Positions 45,063 to 53,737 of a DNA stretch of 64,000 nt are shown piece after piece (the stretch's first letter is position 1; each line of letters opens with the position of its first letter). The notes under the pieces were generated by a model. The model was not told the origin of the DNA, searched no databases, and saw nothing but the letters and a program-made list of their open reading frames with translations. The stretch spans positions 20,537 to 84,536 of the forward strand of contig JBBQNP010000002.1 in assembly GCA_038330085.1 (NCBI GenBank). The letters run 5' to 3'. Source of the DNA: Planctomycetota bacterium (GTDB lineage Bacteria; Planctomycetota; UBA1135; GCA-002686595). The translations under genes and the position numbers were made by a program.

Positions 45063-45674
45063 TCAGTTGGATCCCTCGCCGCGTGCAGCGCTGCACTGCA
45101 CCGCGCAGAACCCCTGCAGGAAATCGAACGCCGAATCGCCCTCGTTCGGGAAGCCGACGTGCGGGTCCACGCGCCGCAGTTCCGGCCCGAGCTCGCGCAG
45201 GATCCGCGCCACCTCGACACGCCGGACTCGCTCGGTCGCGTCTGCGATCTCCTCGGTGAGGTCAATGGTCGCGAGCAGGATGCGGCACAAAGCGCGCTGA
45301 CTCGTGCGGATCCGCGGCAACGGCCCGAACAGGTTCTCGAGCTCGGAACGACGATTCAGCGAATACCTGCGGGAGTTCCCCACCGTCGTCGCGTGGATCA
45401 TGCCCGCGATCGTCAGGCCCTCGAGCGCTTCGGCCACGCCACGCTTCGTGAAGCGCACCTCGCTTGCCAGATCACGGACATCGAAGGCGCGATCCTGTTC
45501 CTCGAGCAGTAGCACTCTGAAGATCTCGCTGCGTGCCGTGGTTCCGAGCAGACCTCTGCCTCGCAAGGCGACGGTCGAACCAAAGGCTCGTTCGGGCAAC
45601 CGCGACTTGCCTGACGCAACCCAGTCGAATGCCTCGCTCGCATCTGGCCAGCGCTGCTTCGTTGCGCGTTGCAA
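45063..45674 (-). CDS. Hypothetical protein with a probable winged-helix DNA-binding segment
   Basis: ORF 45063..45674(-), TTG start. The wHTH-like stretch is EIFRVLLLEEQDRAFDVRDLASEVRFTKRGVAEALEGLTIAGMIHATTVGNSRRYSL. It is in the same frame as ORF 45693..45959, separated from it only by a TGA and 6 codons. Confidence 0.5.
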   Translation of the reverse strand: MQRATKQRWPDASEAFDWVASGKSRLPERAFGSTVALRGRGLLGTTARSEIFRVLLLEEQDRAFDVRDLASEVRFTKRGVAEALEGLTIAGMIHATTVGNSRRYSLNRRSELENLFGPLPRIRTSQRALCRILLATIDLTEEIADATERVRRVEVARILRELGPELRRVDPHVGFPNEGDSAFDFLQGFCAVQCSAARGEGSN

Positions 45675-45692
45675 CGTAGCCGCGTATCTCCC

Positions 45693-45959
45693 TCACGACA
45701 GGTTGGACGAACTGTCGCGGACGACATGCGCCAAGCGCGAACGCGAGATCCACGCAGCGTTCGCGACACACCAGTCGATGGACTCGTCATGCAGGCGAGG
45801 ATCGGCATCACCGAGGCAGCCGGTCAGCACAATGAGCGCCTCGATGTCCACGCAAGCCGCGAAGGTCTCGGCGTTCCATCCGCTCACGCCGAGTGCGGAC
45901 CATGCGCTCCAGGCGTAGTCGACGAGGAGATCCTTCTCGAAGGTCCTAGAGCTCGCCAT
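45693..45959 (-). CDS. Small hypothetical protein (88 aa), or the N-terminal part of an interrupted 298-aa gene
   Basis: ORF 45693..45959(-). No family is recognised. Its TGA stop at 45693-95 is in frame with the next ORF. Confidence 0.35.
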   Translation of the reverse strand: MASSRTFEKDLLVDYAWSAWSALGVSGWNAETFAACVDIEALIVLTGCLGDADPRLHDESIDWCVANAAWISRSRLAHVVRDSSSNLS

Positions 45960-46297
45960 CCGCCACCTTCACGCCGAATAAGTTCAGGGCGTTGCTCAAC
46001 GACCCGCGGAATCCATCGGAGGGATCCTGGGTGCGGCACCACTTCGCAGCCGTGAGCAACTCCGATCGTGTGGGACTCAGTGCCTGCAGGTCAACGACGT
46101 GCTTGCTGCGCGGACCATGGTCTGCCGCGGCGTAGAGCTTGAAATGAATTTGATCCAAGCGGCTCGCCAAGTGAATCGTGAGCGTGTTGTAGTGACGCAC
46201 GAGGCAGCGCTGCACGAACCCCGCTGGAAGTCCGAACTCGAACAACGCCGAGGGTTGCGAGGGCCTCTTCGAGGGTGTCCGGATCCAGGGGTTGCAT
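45946..46297 (-). pseudogene. Possible frameshifted remnant of a small nucleotidyltransferase-like (MNT/DUF6036-like) gene
   Basis: ATG 46297 opens MQPLDPDTLEEALATLG, then the frame degenerates into Arg-rich text. From TTG 46245 a different frame reads protein-like (FEFGLPAGFVQRCLVRHYNTLTIHLASRLDQIHFKLYAAADHGPRSKHVVDLQAL...). The family assignment is weak. Confidence 0.3.
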
Positions 46298-46316
46298 CGC
46301 AGATTAATTTCTCGAC

Positions 46317-46337
46317 TCGATCATATTATCTGATCGA
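46317..46337. promoter_or_regulatory. AT-rich palindrome TCGATCA-N7-TGATCGA (promoter/operator candidate for the minus-strand GHKL operon)
   Basis: It lies within the unusually AT-rich stretch 46299-46340. The minus strand reads TCGATCAGATAATATGATCGAGTCGAGAAATTAATCTGCG-ATG, with a TAATAT (-10-like) about 25 nt upstream of ATG 46297. Confidence 0.4.
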
Positions 46338-46377
46338 CCGTGCTTCTCGCGACGTCCCGCTCCCGGCATCGACAGCC

Positions 46378-49300
46378 TCAATCGCCGGCCCCATGCCCGG
46401 GCACCTTCTCGTACAGCATCCAGTACACGAGCGGGATCACGAACAGAGTGAACACCGTCGACGCGATCAAACCGAAGATCAGCGCCCACGCGAGCCCGGA
46501 GAAGATCGGATCGATCGTGATCGGGATCGCCGACAGCATCGCGGCGGCCACGACGAGCAGGATCGGACGCAGGCGCACGGCTCCCGCCTCGAGCACCGCG
46601 TCCATGAACGGCCGTCCGCGCCGCAGCAAGTGGTGGATGAAGTCGACGAGGATGATCGACTGGCGCGTGACGATCCCCGACAGCGCGATCATCCCGATCA
46701 TCGCGGTCGCGGTGAAGAACACCGGGTCGGCGTACCCTCCGACGGTACGGCCCGTGACGAGCCCGAGCACCCAGAACCCGGGCATGATGCCGACCATCGT
46801 CAGCGGGATGGAGAGCATCACGATGATCGGGATCACGAACGACCCGGTCTGCGCGACCAGCAGCACGTAGATCATGATCAGCGCAGCGCCGAACGCGAGA
46901 CCGAGGTCGCGGAACACGTCGAGCGTGATCTTCCACTCGCCTTCGCCGGACCACACGACGTGCGAGCCGTCGATCGTGTTCCACGGGATGCCGCCGCCGC
47001 GGAACAGATGCGAACGTCCGGCGAGCGCGCGCGGCTTCGAACCATCGAGCCAGCCGCCGGCGGTGCGCGTTGCCCTGCTCGTCGGCGCCGCACCGGCGTC
47101 GGCCTGGTCGGCCATCACGTCGACGACCACGTCGGCCGGAGGACGGCCGGCTGTTTCGGCGAATACGTAGACCACGCGCACGAGGTTCTTGTGGTAGATC
47201 GCCTGCTCGGCGTCGCGCTCTTCCCAACGCCCCAGCTCGGCGAGCGGCACGAGGTTGCTTGCCGCATCGGACCGTCCTCGCACTTGCACGCGCCCGAGAT
47301 CTGCGGCGCTGGAACGGTCGGCGCGCGGCAAGCGAGCGACGATCGCGAGCGGCTGCCGTTCGCCGGGCGCGTGCACGATCCCGATCTCGGCTCCCGACAG
47401 CGCAGCCTGCACGGTCTCGGCGATCTCGGCGACGCTGACTCCGTTCAACGCGGCCTTCTCCTGGTCGGGCCGGAACACGAGCTCGCGATGAACGGCTTCG
47501 ACGGTGTCGTCGGGCTCGACGACGCCCGGCTCGGCGGCGAGACGGCGCCGGACCAGCTCGGCCGCGTCGCAGATCCGCGCGTAGTCGAGATCGTCGCGAC
47601 CGTAGACCTCCGCCGCGATCGTGTCGATCACCGGCGGACCGGGCGGCAGCTCGACGATCTTCAGCCGCGCGCCCGCCTTCGACGCGATCGAGGCGAGCTC
47701 GTCGCGCTCGCGCAGGCCGAGCGTGTGGCTCGCGTCCCGGCGCGATTTCTTGCCGACCAGGTTGACGCGGATCTCGGCCTGGTAGGGCATCGTGCGCAAG
47801 TAGTAGTGGCGCACGAGCCCGTTGAAATCGATCGGCGACGGGCTGCCGACGTACGACGTGAAGTCGGTCACCTCGGGAATGCGTGCGACCGCCGCTTCCA
47901 GCTCGCGCGCGACCGCGTCGGTGCGCTCCAGCGTCGTCCCCTCGTCCGCATTGACGAGCAGGAGGAGCTCCGCCTTGTTGTCGAACGGCAGCATCTTGAG
48001 CGGGACCTGCCGGAACGCGGCCAGCAACGCCGCCGCGCACGTCAGCAGGAACACGACGCCGAGGAACGTCCACGCGCGCGTGCGCGACTCGAGCAGTGGT
48101 CGCAGGAGAGTGCGCAACACGCGGTACTGGACGCTGGCGCGGGCAGTGACGAACTCCTCCTGGTCTCCGATGCCCGGCGCGGAGCCGTGACCGCCCCCCG
48201 CTGCCCACGGACGCCGCTTCAACAGATGGAAGGCGAGCCACGGCGTGATCGTGAACGCGACGACCATCGACATGACCATCGTCACCGGCACGTTGAGCGC
48301 CATCGGCCGCATGTACGGCCCCATCATCCCGGTGATGAAGAACAGCGGCAGGAAGCTGGCGATGACAGCGAAGGTGGCCGCGATGAGCGGCGGCCGGATC
48401 TCGCTGACCGCTTCGAGGGTGATCGCGCGTGTCGCCTTGCGCCGCAACCCGAAGTGGCGCGCGATGTTCTCGACGTCGACGATCGGATCGTCGACGAGCA
48501 GACCCAGCGACAGGATCAGCGCGAACAGCGTGACGCGGTTGATCGTGTAGCCCGCGAGCATGTTCACCGCGAGCGTGAGACCGAACACCACGGGGACCGC
48601 CACCGCGACCACGAGTGCTTCGCGCCATCCCAATCCGATCGTCAGCAAGGCGACGACGATCAGGATGGCGACCCACAGACCCTCGATGAGGTCGGACACC
48701 TTCTCGTCGGCGGTCAGCCCGCTGTTGCGAGTGACGACGAGATCGATCCCGTCCGGCACCATCTCGCCGCGCAGTCGTTCCGCTTCGCGCAGCACCGCCT
48801 CGGCGACGTGGACCGCGTTGGTGCCCTTCTTCTTCGCGACGGAGATCGTGACGGCCGGCATGCTCGCCGCGGGATCGGTCGCCGCGCCGTGCGCCGTAGC
48901 CGGTGCGGTCCCTCCGATCACGGATCCGGCCGCGTGCGCGTGCATTTCGAAGCCGCGTCCCGGTCCCCATCCGTGCCGCACGTACGTCGAGCGCTCCGCG
49001 GGACCGTCCTCGATGCGCGCGACCTCGCGCAGGTACACCGGGGTCCCTTGTGCGACGCCGACGACGAGGTTCCCGAGATCCGCCGCGTCGCGCACGACCG
49101 TTCCCGTGCGCACGCTGATCGCCTCGTCCTCGCGCTCGATCGTTCCCGACGGGAGCACCATGTCCGCCGCCTGCACCGCGCGCTGCACGTCGAGCAGCGC
49201 GAGCCCGCGCCCGGCGATCGTCTCGCGATCCACGTACACCGAGAGCTTCCGCGGCGACCCGCCGGTGATCGTCACACGCGACGTGTCCGCGACCGTGGCC

Positions 49301-49878
49301 AGGCGCGCAGCCGCTTCTTCAGCGACGCGACGCAGCGTGTACTCGTCCGCGTCCGCCGCCGTCTCGTTGCGACCGCACAAGGTGAGCGTGACCATCGGCA
49401 CGTCGTCGATCTCGACCGGCTTCATCACCCAGCTCGCCACGCTCGGCGGTACGAGCTCCTTGTTCTCCTCGAGCTTCTTGAAGAGGCGCACGAGCGACCG
49501 CTCGCGGTCCTCCCCGACGAAGAAGCGCACGGTGACGACGGCCGAGTCCGTGCGCGACGTCGAGTAGACGTACTCGACGCCGTCGACCTGGTAGAGGACG
49601 CGCTCGAGCGGCGTGGTGACGAGGCGCTCGACCTCCTGGGCCGAGAGCCCCGGCGCACTCACGTAGAGGTCGGCCAGTGGCACGACGATCTGCGGGTCCT
49701 CTTCGCGCGGCGTCACGAGCAGCGCCCCCGCGCCGACCGCGACCGAGATCACGAGCAGGATCAGCGAGAGGTTCGAGTGCAGGAACGTCCGGACGATCCC
49801 GTTGATCCAGCCGCCGCTCGCAGGTTCATGTCCCTCTGCACCAGCGTCCGCATCCGGGTCCAAGGGCGGCGCAGTCAC
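46378..49878 (-). CDS. RND efflux transporter permease (AcrB/AcrD/AcrF superfamily)
   Basis: ORF 46378..49878(-), GTG start, 1166 aa, with 12-TM RND topology (NLSLILLVISVAVGAGALLVTPREEDPQIVVP...; LLVDDPIVDVENIARH). Confidence 0.9.
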   Translation of the reverse strand: MTAPPLDPDADAGAEGHEPASGGWINGIVRTFLHSNLSLILLVISVAVGAGALLVTPREEDPQIVVPLADLYVSAPGLSAQEVERLVTTPLERVLYQVDGVEYVYSTSRTDSAVVTVRFFVGEDRERSLVRLFKKLEENKELVPPSVASWVMKPVEIDDVPMVTLTLCGRNETAADADEYTLRRVAEEAAARLATVADTSRVTITGGSPRKLSVYVDRETIAGRGLALLDVQRAVQAADMVLPSGTIEREDEAISVRTGTVVRDAADLGNLVVGVAQGTPVYLREVARIEDGPAERSTYVRHGWGPGRGFEMHAHAAGSVIGGTAPATAHGAATDPAASMPAVTISVAKKKGTNAVHVAEAVLREAERLRGEMVPDGIDLVVTRNSGLTADEKVSDLIEGLWVAILIVVALLTIGLGWREALVVAVAVPVVFGLTLAVNMLAGYTINRVTLFALILSLGLLVDDPIVDVENIARHFGLRRKATRAITLEAVSEIRPPLIAATFAVIASFLPLFFITGMMGPYMRPMALNVPVTMVMSMVVAFTITPWLAFHLLKRRPWAAGGGHGSAPGIGDQEEFVTARASVQYRVLRTLLRPLLESRTRAWTFLGVVFLLTCAAALLAAFRQVPLKMLPFDNKAELLLLVNADEGTTLERTDAVARELEAAVARIPEVTDFTSYVGSPSPIDFNGLVRHYYLRTMPYQAEIRVNLVGKKSRRDASHTLGLRERDELASIASKAGARLKIVELPPGPPVIDTIAAEVYGRDDLDYARICDAAELVRRRLAAEPGVVEPDDTVEAVHRELVFRPDQEKAALNGVSVAEIAETVQAALSGAEIGIVHAPGERQPLAIVARLPRADRSSAADLGRVQVRGRSDAASNLVPLAELGRWEERDAEQAIYHKNLVRVVYVFAETAGRPPADVVVDVMADQADAGAAPTSRATRTAGGWLDGSKPRALAGRSHLFRGGGIPWNTIDGSHVVWSGEGEWKITLDVFRDLGLAFGAALIMIYVLLVAQTGSFVIPIIVMLSIPLTMVGIMPGFWVLGLVTGRTVGGYADPVFFTATAMIGMIALSGIVTRQSIILVDFIHHLLRRGRPFMDAVLEAGAVRLRPILLVVAAAMLSAIPITIDPIFSGLAWALIFGLIASTVFTLFVIPLVYWMLYEKVPGHGAGD

Positions 49879-49881
49879 GGA

Positions 49882-50991
49882 TCAGTGCCTTCCTGGCGAA
49901 GCCGGAGCATCGACGACGATTTTCTCGCCGGCGACGAGTCCGGACAGTACTTCGACCTGTCCGTCGAGCGTGCGTCCGAGTCGCACGGCCCGCCGCTCGC
50001 GCCGACCCTCGACGGCGACGTCGACGCATTCGAGCTGACCGATCGTGTGGATCGCGTCGTGCGGGATCAGGAGCACGCTCTCTTCGCCGATCGGGATCGA
50101 CAAGCGTCCGAACATCCCCGTGTACACGCCCTCGGGACACGGGCCGGTGACTTTGACCTGGAACGTGCGGCTGGCGGATTCCGCTTCGGGGACGATCTCG
50201 CTCACGGTGCCGGAGCAGGTGTGGTCGAGCGCGTCGACCTTGACCGACACGGCTCCGCCGACGTGGAGGAAGCGCGAGAGCGACTCGCGCACGCTCGCGA
50301 CCATCTGCATCTGCTTGGCGTCGAGCAGCGTGACCACGATCTGTCCCGGAGTGACGGTGTCGCCCGCGTTCACGCGCTTGTCGATGACGGTGCCGTCGAT
50401 CGGACTCTTGATCGTGGCGTAGCTCATGATGCTCTCGGCTTCGGTCAACGCCTGCTGGGCGCGCGCGAGGCCGGCTTCGGCGCCTGTGGTCGCATTCACG
50501 GCGCGGTCTTTCTCGATCGCTGCGACGGCTTCCTTCTCGAAACCGGCGCGCAAGCGCGACTCTTCCGCGCGCGCCTGGGTCAGTACGGCCTGGGCTTGCT
50601 CGATCGCCGACTGCGCCTGCGCGCGGCGCGCCTCGAGGTCCGCTTTCTCGAGCTCCACGAGGACTTCGCCGCGCGTGACGAGTTGACCGGCGATGACGTT
50701 CACCTGCATGACGCGCGCGAGGAGGCGCGACGCGAGCTCGATGCGGTGCACGGGTTGGATCGTGCCGACCGCAGTCTCTTCGAGCGGCAGCGTGCGAACG
50801 TCGACCGCGACGACGCGCCCCGATCCGATCGGTCGTGTTGCAGGTGCCGCAGTCGAGTCGTGCGCGACCTTGGGCTGGAACACGCCGACGAGCCACAGCA
50901 TGAGCACGACGACTCCGACTGCGAACGCCGCGAGCACCGTCGTGACGATCAGCCAGCGAGGGAGGCGCCTGCGCCCGAGCTTCGACGTCAC
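49882..50991 (-). CDS. RND efflux periplasmic adaptor (HlyD/MFP family)
   Basis: ORF 49882..50991(-). It has an N-terminal TM anchor, a coiled coil, and the lipoyl motif YATIKSPIDGTVIDKRVNAGDTVTPGQ. It ends 3 nt before the pump start. Confidence 0.9.
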   Translation of the reverse strand: MTSKLGRRRLPRWLIVTTVLAAFAVGVVVLMLWLVGVFQPKVAHDSTAAPATRPIGSGRVVAVDVRTLPLEETAVGTIQPVHRIELASRLLARVMQVNVIAGQLVTRGEVLVELEKADLEARRAQAQSAIEQAQAVLTQARAEESRLRAGFEKEAVAAIEKDRAVNATTGAEAGLARAQQALTEAESIMSYATIKSPIDGTVIDKRVNAGDTVTPGQIVVTLLDAKQMQMVASVRESLSRFLHVGGAVSVKVDALDHTCSGTVSEIVPEAESASRTFQVKVTGPCPEGVYTGMFGRLSIPIGEESVLLIPHDAIHTIGQLECVDVAVEGRRERRAVRLGRTLDGQVEVLSGLVAGEKIVVDAPASPGRH

Positions 50992-51280
50992 GGAAGATGT
51001 CTCCGATCGTCGATCCTACGTGCTCTCTTCGAGGTGGTCATGGCGGGAGACAGTGACGATTCGCCGAAGCAGGCGGGGTGAACGCAGCGGCTCATGCGCC
51101 CCGACGAGAGAGTGTCGCAGAAGTCCCCCCGTGATCGAGTACGCACTTCGGCCGAGCGGCTTGCTCCGATGGGCGTATGGCCTGCTCGAGCGGCGAGCGC
51201 CTATCTTCGTGTGTCGAGTCGTCGCGAGCGGAGCGCCGCCCACGCAGAGTGTCCCGAGAGAGGTTCGAAAGAAGATTCCC

Positions 51281-51676
51281 ATGCACGGTTTCGTCGACAA
51301 CATCGAAGAGCTGACGAAGAGCAACTCCGACTTCCGCCGCGTCCTCTACACGGGCAAGCACCTGCAGCTCGTGCTGATGACGATTGCGCCGGGCGGCGAG
51401 ATCGGCGAGGAAGTCCACGAGGACCGCGACCAGTTCTTCCGCGTCGAGAAGGGCAAGGGCGAGGCCTGGATCGACGGCAAGGTGAAGAAGATCGAGAGCG
51501 ATTTCGCGATCGTCGTCCCCGCCGGTGCGCGGCACAACATCAAGAACACGGGCGACAAGCCGCTGAAGCTCTACACGCTGTACGGTCCGCCGGAACACAA
51601 AGAGGGCACCGTGCGCACGACGCGCGCGATGGCCATGGCGTCGGAGGAGCATTTCGACGGCAAGACGACGGAGTGA
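51281..51676 (+). CDS. Cupin domain protein
   Basis: This lies within ORF 50693..51676(+), with the start taken at MHGFVDNIEELTKSN (ATG 51281). The cupin core is LVLMTIAPGGEIGEEVHEDRDQFFRVEKGKGEAWIDG...VVPAGARHNIKNTG. Confidence 0.8.
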   Translation: MHGFVDNIEELTKSNSDFRRVLYTGKHLQLVLMTIAPGGEIGEEVHEDRDQFFRVEKGKGEAWIDGKVKKIESDFAIVVPAGARHNIKNTGDKPLKLYTLYGPPEHKEGTVRTTRAMAMASEEHFDGKTTE

Positions 51677-51811
51677 GTGGCTTGCGTTGAACTCGGTCGG
51701 CCGCGCTGACCGAGGACTGCGAGCATCAGCGCGCGTGCTTCCTCCCCGATCGAGTCCGGTCCAAGCGCCGACGAAGGCGATCGGACCGGACCAGCGATTG
51801 CATCTTGGGAG

Positions 51812-52741
51812 TCACGCGCCCACGGTCTGAGCCGCGAACAACCCCGCGAGCGCGGCGCCGACGCGCTCCCGCTGCGGTTCGGTCGTGACCTCGAGGAACA
51901 GTTCCTGGAATCGCGGGTGGGTGACGCCGCTCAAGATGAAGCTCCAGCGCTTCGCCGCGAGCACGGCTGCGCGGATCTCACCGGTCTGCGCTGCGTCGAA
52001 CGACCGCCCAACGAGTCGCGACAGGTTCGCGATGTCGTGCTCGACCTGCTGCTTCAACAGTCCGTCGACGGCCGCGACGAGCTCGATCAGATCGTCGATG
52101 GCCTGGTCGCGTTCATCCGCGTCCGCCGCCGCGAACGCGCGCAGGGTCTCGAGGTGGTCGAGCTTGGCGTGCTGGGATTCCTCGAGCCAGTGGGCCCGGA
52201 AGATGTCCTTGGTGAACGGATCGAGGCCCGCGTCGTCCTTGAAGGCGTCGACGTAGTGGAGCTGCGTCATCCACTCGATGGCGGCGGTCAAGAGGAGCAC
52301 CGCCGCGTTGCTCTTGGAGAGGACGAAGCGCGCCGTCCCCGTCTCGTCGCCGATGAGCGAGAGCTTGAACCCCATCTGCCCGTCGACGCGATCGCGGATG
52401 GCGCGGAAGAGGTTCATGTGCTTGACCTCTTCCGCCGCGAAGTTCGTCAACGCGTCGAAGGCGACGCGCTGTTCGAGTTGGAAGTCGCGCGCGAGGGCGC
52501 TCACCTTGGGCGCGATGAACTCTTCGACGTAGCCGAAGAGGTGCGCGTAGGCCGCGAGCTCGACGTGGGTGAGCACGCGCTTCTCGTCGTGGTCGAGGCA
52601 GGTGATGGCGCTCGCACCGGAGAGCGAAGGCGGCAACCAACGACGCGCGGGATCGAAGCGCTTGGTGCCGAGGACGTCGTCGATCCTCCAATTGATGCGG
52701 TAGGAGGTCTCGAGGCAGTTGCCGTAGGAGTAGGTGTTCAT
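51812..52741 (-). CDS. Ferritin-like diiron oxygenase (AurF/p-aminobenzoate N-oxygenase-like family)
   Basis: ORF 51812..52831(-), with the start taken at MNTYSYGNC (52741). It has two EExxH motifs (AAEEVKHMNLF and WLEESQHAKLD). Confidence 0.65.
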   Translation of the reverse strand: MNTYSYGNCLETSYRINWRIDDVLGTKRFDPARRWLPPSLSGASAITCLDHDEKRVLTHVELAAYAHLFGYVEEFIAPKVSALARDFQLEQRVAFDALTNFAAEEVKHMNLFRAIRDRVDGQMGFKLSLIGDETGTARFVLSKSNAAVLLLTAAIEWMTQLHYVDAFKDDAGLDPFTKDIFRAHWLEESQHAKLDHLETLRAFAAADADERDQAIDDLIELVAAVDGLLKQQVEHDIANLSRLVGRSFDAAQTGEIRAAVLAAKRWSFILSGVTHPRFQELFLEVTTEPQRERVGAALAGLFAAQTVGA

Positions 52742-52908
52742 GTCGGGCAGGTGTGGGTTGGGGCCGCCGAGGGCAGCCGTTTCAGAACGATGGGTGCGAA
52801 ACAAGATCGCCGACACCGGGCCGGCCCGCAAGGGATTGCAGAACGATAAGTGGTGAATTGCCGGTGCTTGCCCTAACCTGTTGCGAGAGGCAAGGATAGG
52901 CCTCCAGC

Positions 52909-53493
52909 ATGGCTCGCCCGAAGACCTACACGCGCCCCGAGGTTCTGCGCCGCGCCGCGGACCTGTTCGCCCGCAAGGGGTACGAGGGCGCGCACCTCGC
53001 CGAGCTGGTCGAGGTGACCGGGCTCAATCGGTTCAGCCTCTACAAGGAGTTCGGCGGCAAGGAGGGTTTGTTCCAGTCCGCGTTGGAGGCGTACCTCGAG
53101 ACGCTCGCCGCGATGGACGCGATCCTGACGCGCGATCCGCCCGGGATGGCGAACCTGCGCGAGTTCTATCGCGCGCAGCTCGCGCACGAGTTCCCGAACG
53201 GGTGTCTCGCGATCAACACGATCCGCGAGAAGCAGGTCGTGCCGCCGCAGGCGTTCGCGATGATCGAGAAGTTCGCGGCGTCGGCGGAGGAGGGATTCCG
53301 GCGCAACCTGGCGGCGGGCGTGAAGAGCGGTGACCTGGCGAAGGGAACGGATGTCGATGCGTTGGCGAAGTTCCTGGTCGCGTTCAACATGGGGATGATC
53401 AGCTACGGCATCGTCGCGCAGGACGACTCGGATCGCGTCCGCATCGTGGGCGTGATCGAGCGGATGCTCGGGCTGAGCGCGGTCCGGAAGTAG
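52909..53493 (+). CDS. TetR family transcriptional regulator
   Basis: ORF 52909..53493(+). It has the HTH RPEVLRRAADLFARKGYEGAHLAELVEVTGLNRFSLYKEFGGKEGLF and is divergent from the diiron oxygenase gene. Confidence 0.9.
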   Translation: MARPKTYTRPEVLRRAADLFARKGYEGAHLAELVEVTGLNRFSLYKEFGGKEGLFQSALEAYLETLAAMDAILTRDPPGMANLREFYRAQLAHEFPNGCLAINTIREKQVVPPQAFAMIEKFAASAEEGFRRNLAAGVKSGDLAKGTDVDALAKFLVAFNMGMISYGIVAQDDSDRVRIVGVIERMLGLSAVRK

Positions 53494-53737
53494 ATCCCGC
53501 AGAGCAGGATGCGGAACTGCGCCCGCTCGTCCTGCACCGATCGTACTTCCGCGATCCGGCGAGCTCTTGCACGAACGCGATGTTCAGCGCGCCGTCGCCG
53601 TGCGCATTCGTCTAGGCGCTTCAGCGCAACACGCCACGAACTGCTATCCCAGGCGAGTCTCCGTCGCGCGAGTCGATGCAAGTCGAGTTCTGCACGACGA
53701 CCCCGAGCCGCCGCTCTCCGCGGACGGGCAACGTCGC

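Noticed and set aside
46099-51081. A 1660-aa plus-strand ORF, the longest in the window
   Set aside because: It lies exactly opposite the RND pump and adaptor genes. It is dominated by R/D/H/E/G runs (RDRRQHRGGHDEQDRTQ...) with no domain-like segments. This is the classic antisense shadow ORF of high-GC DNA, and the minus-strand genes have unambiguous RND/MFP motifs.
52783-52855. The direct repeat CAGAACGAT(G/A)(G/A)GTG (52783 and 52839) between the diiron oxygenase and TetR genes, as a TetR operator
   Set aside because: TetR regulators normally bind palindromes. The two 9-nt exact matches 56 nt apart could be chance in a 167-nt spacer. The weak palindrome CTTGCC-N17-GGCAAG nearby is equally unconvincing.
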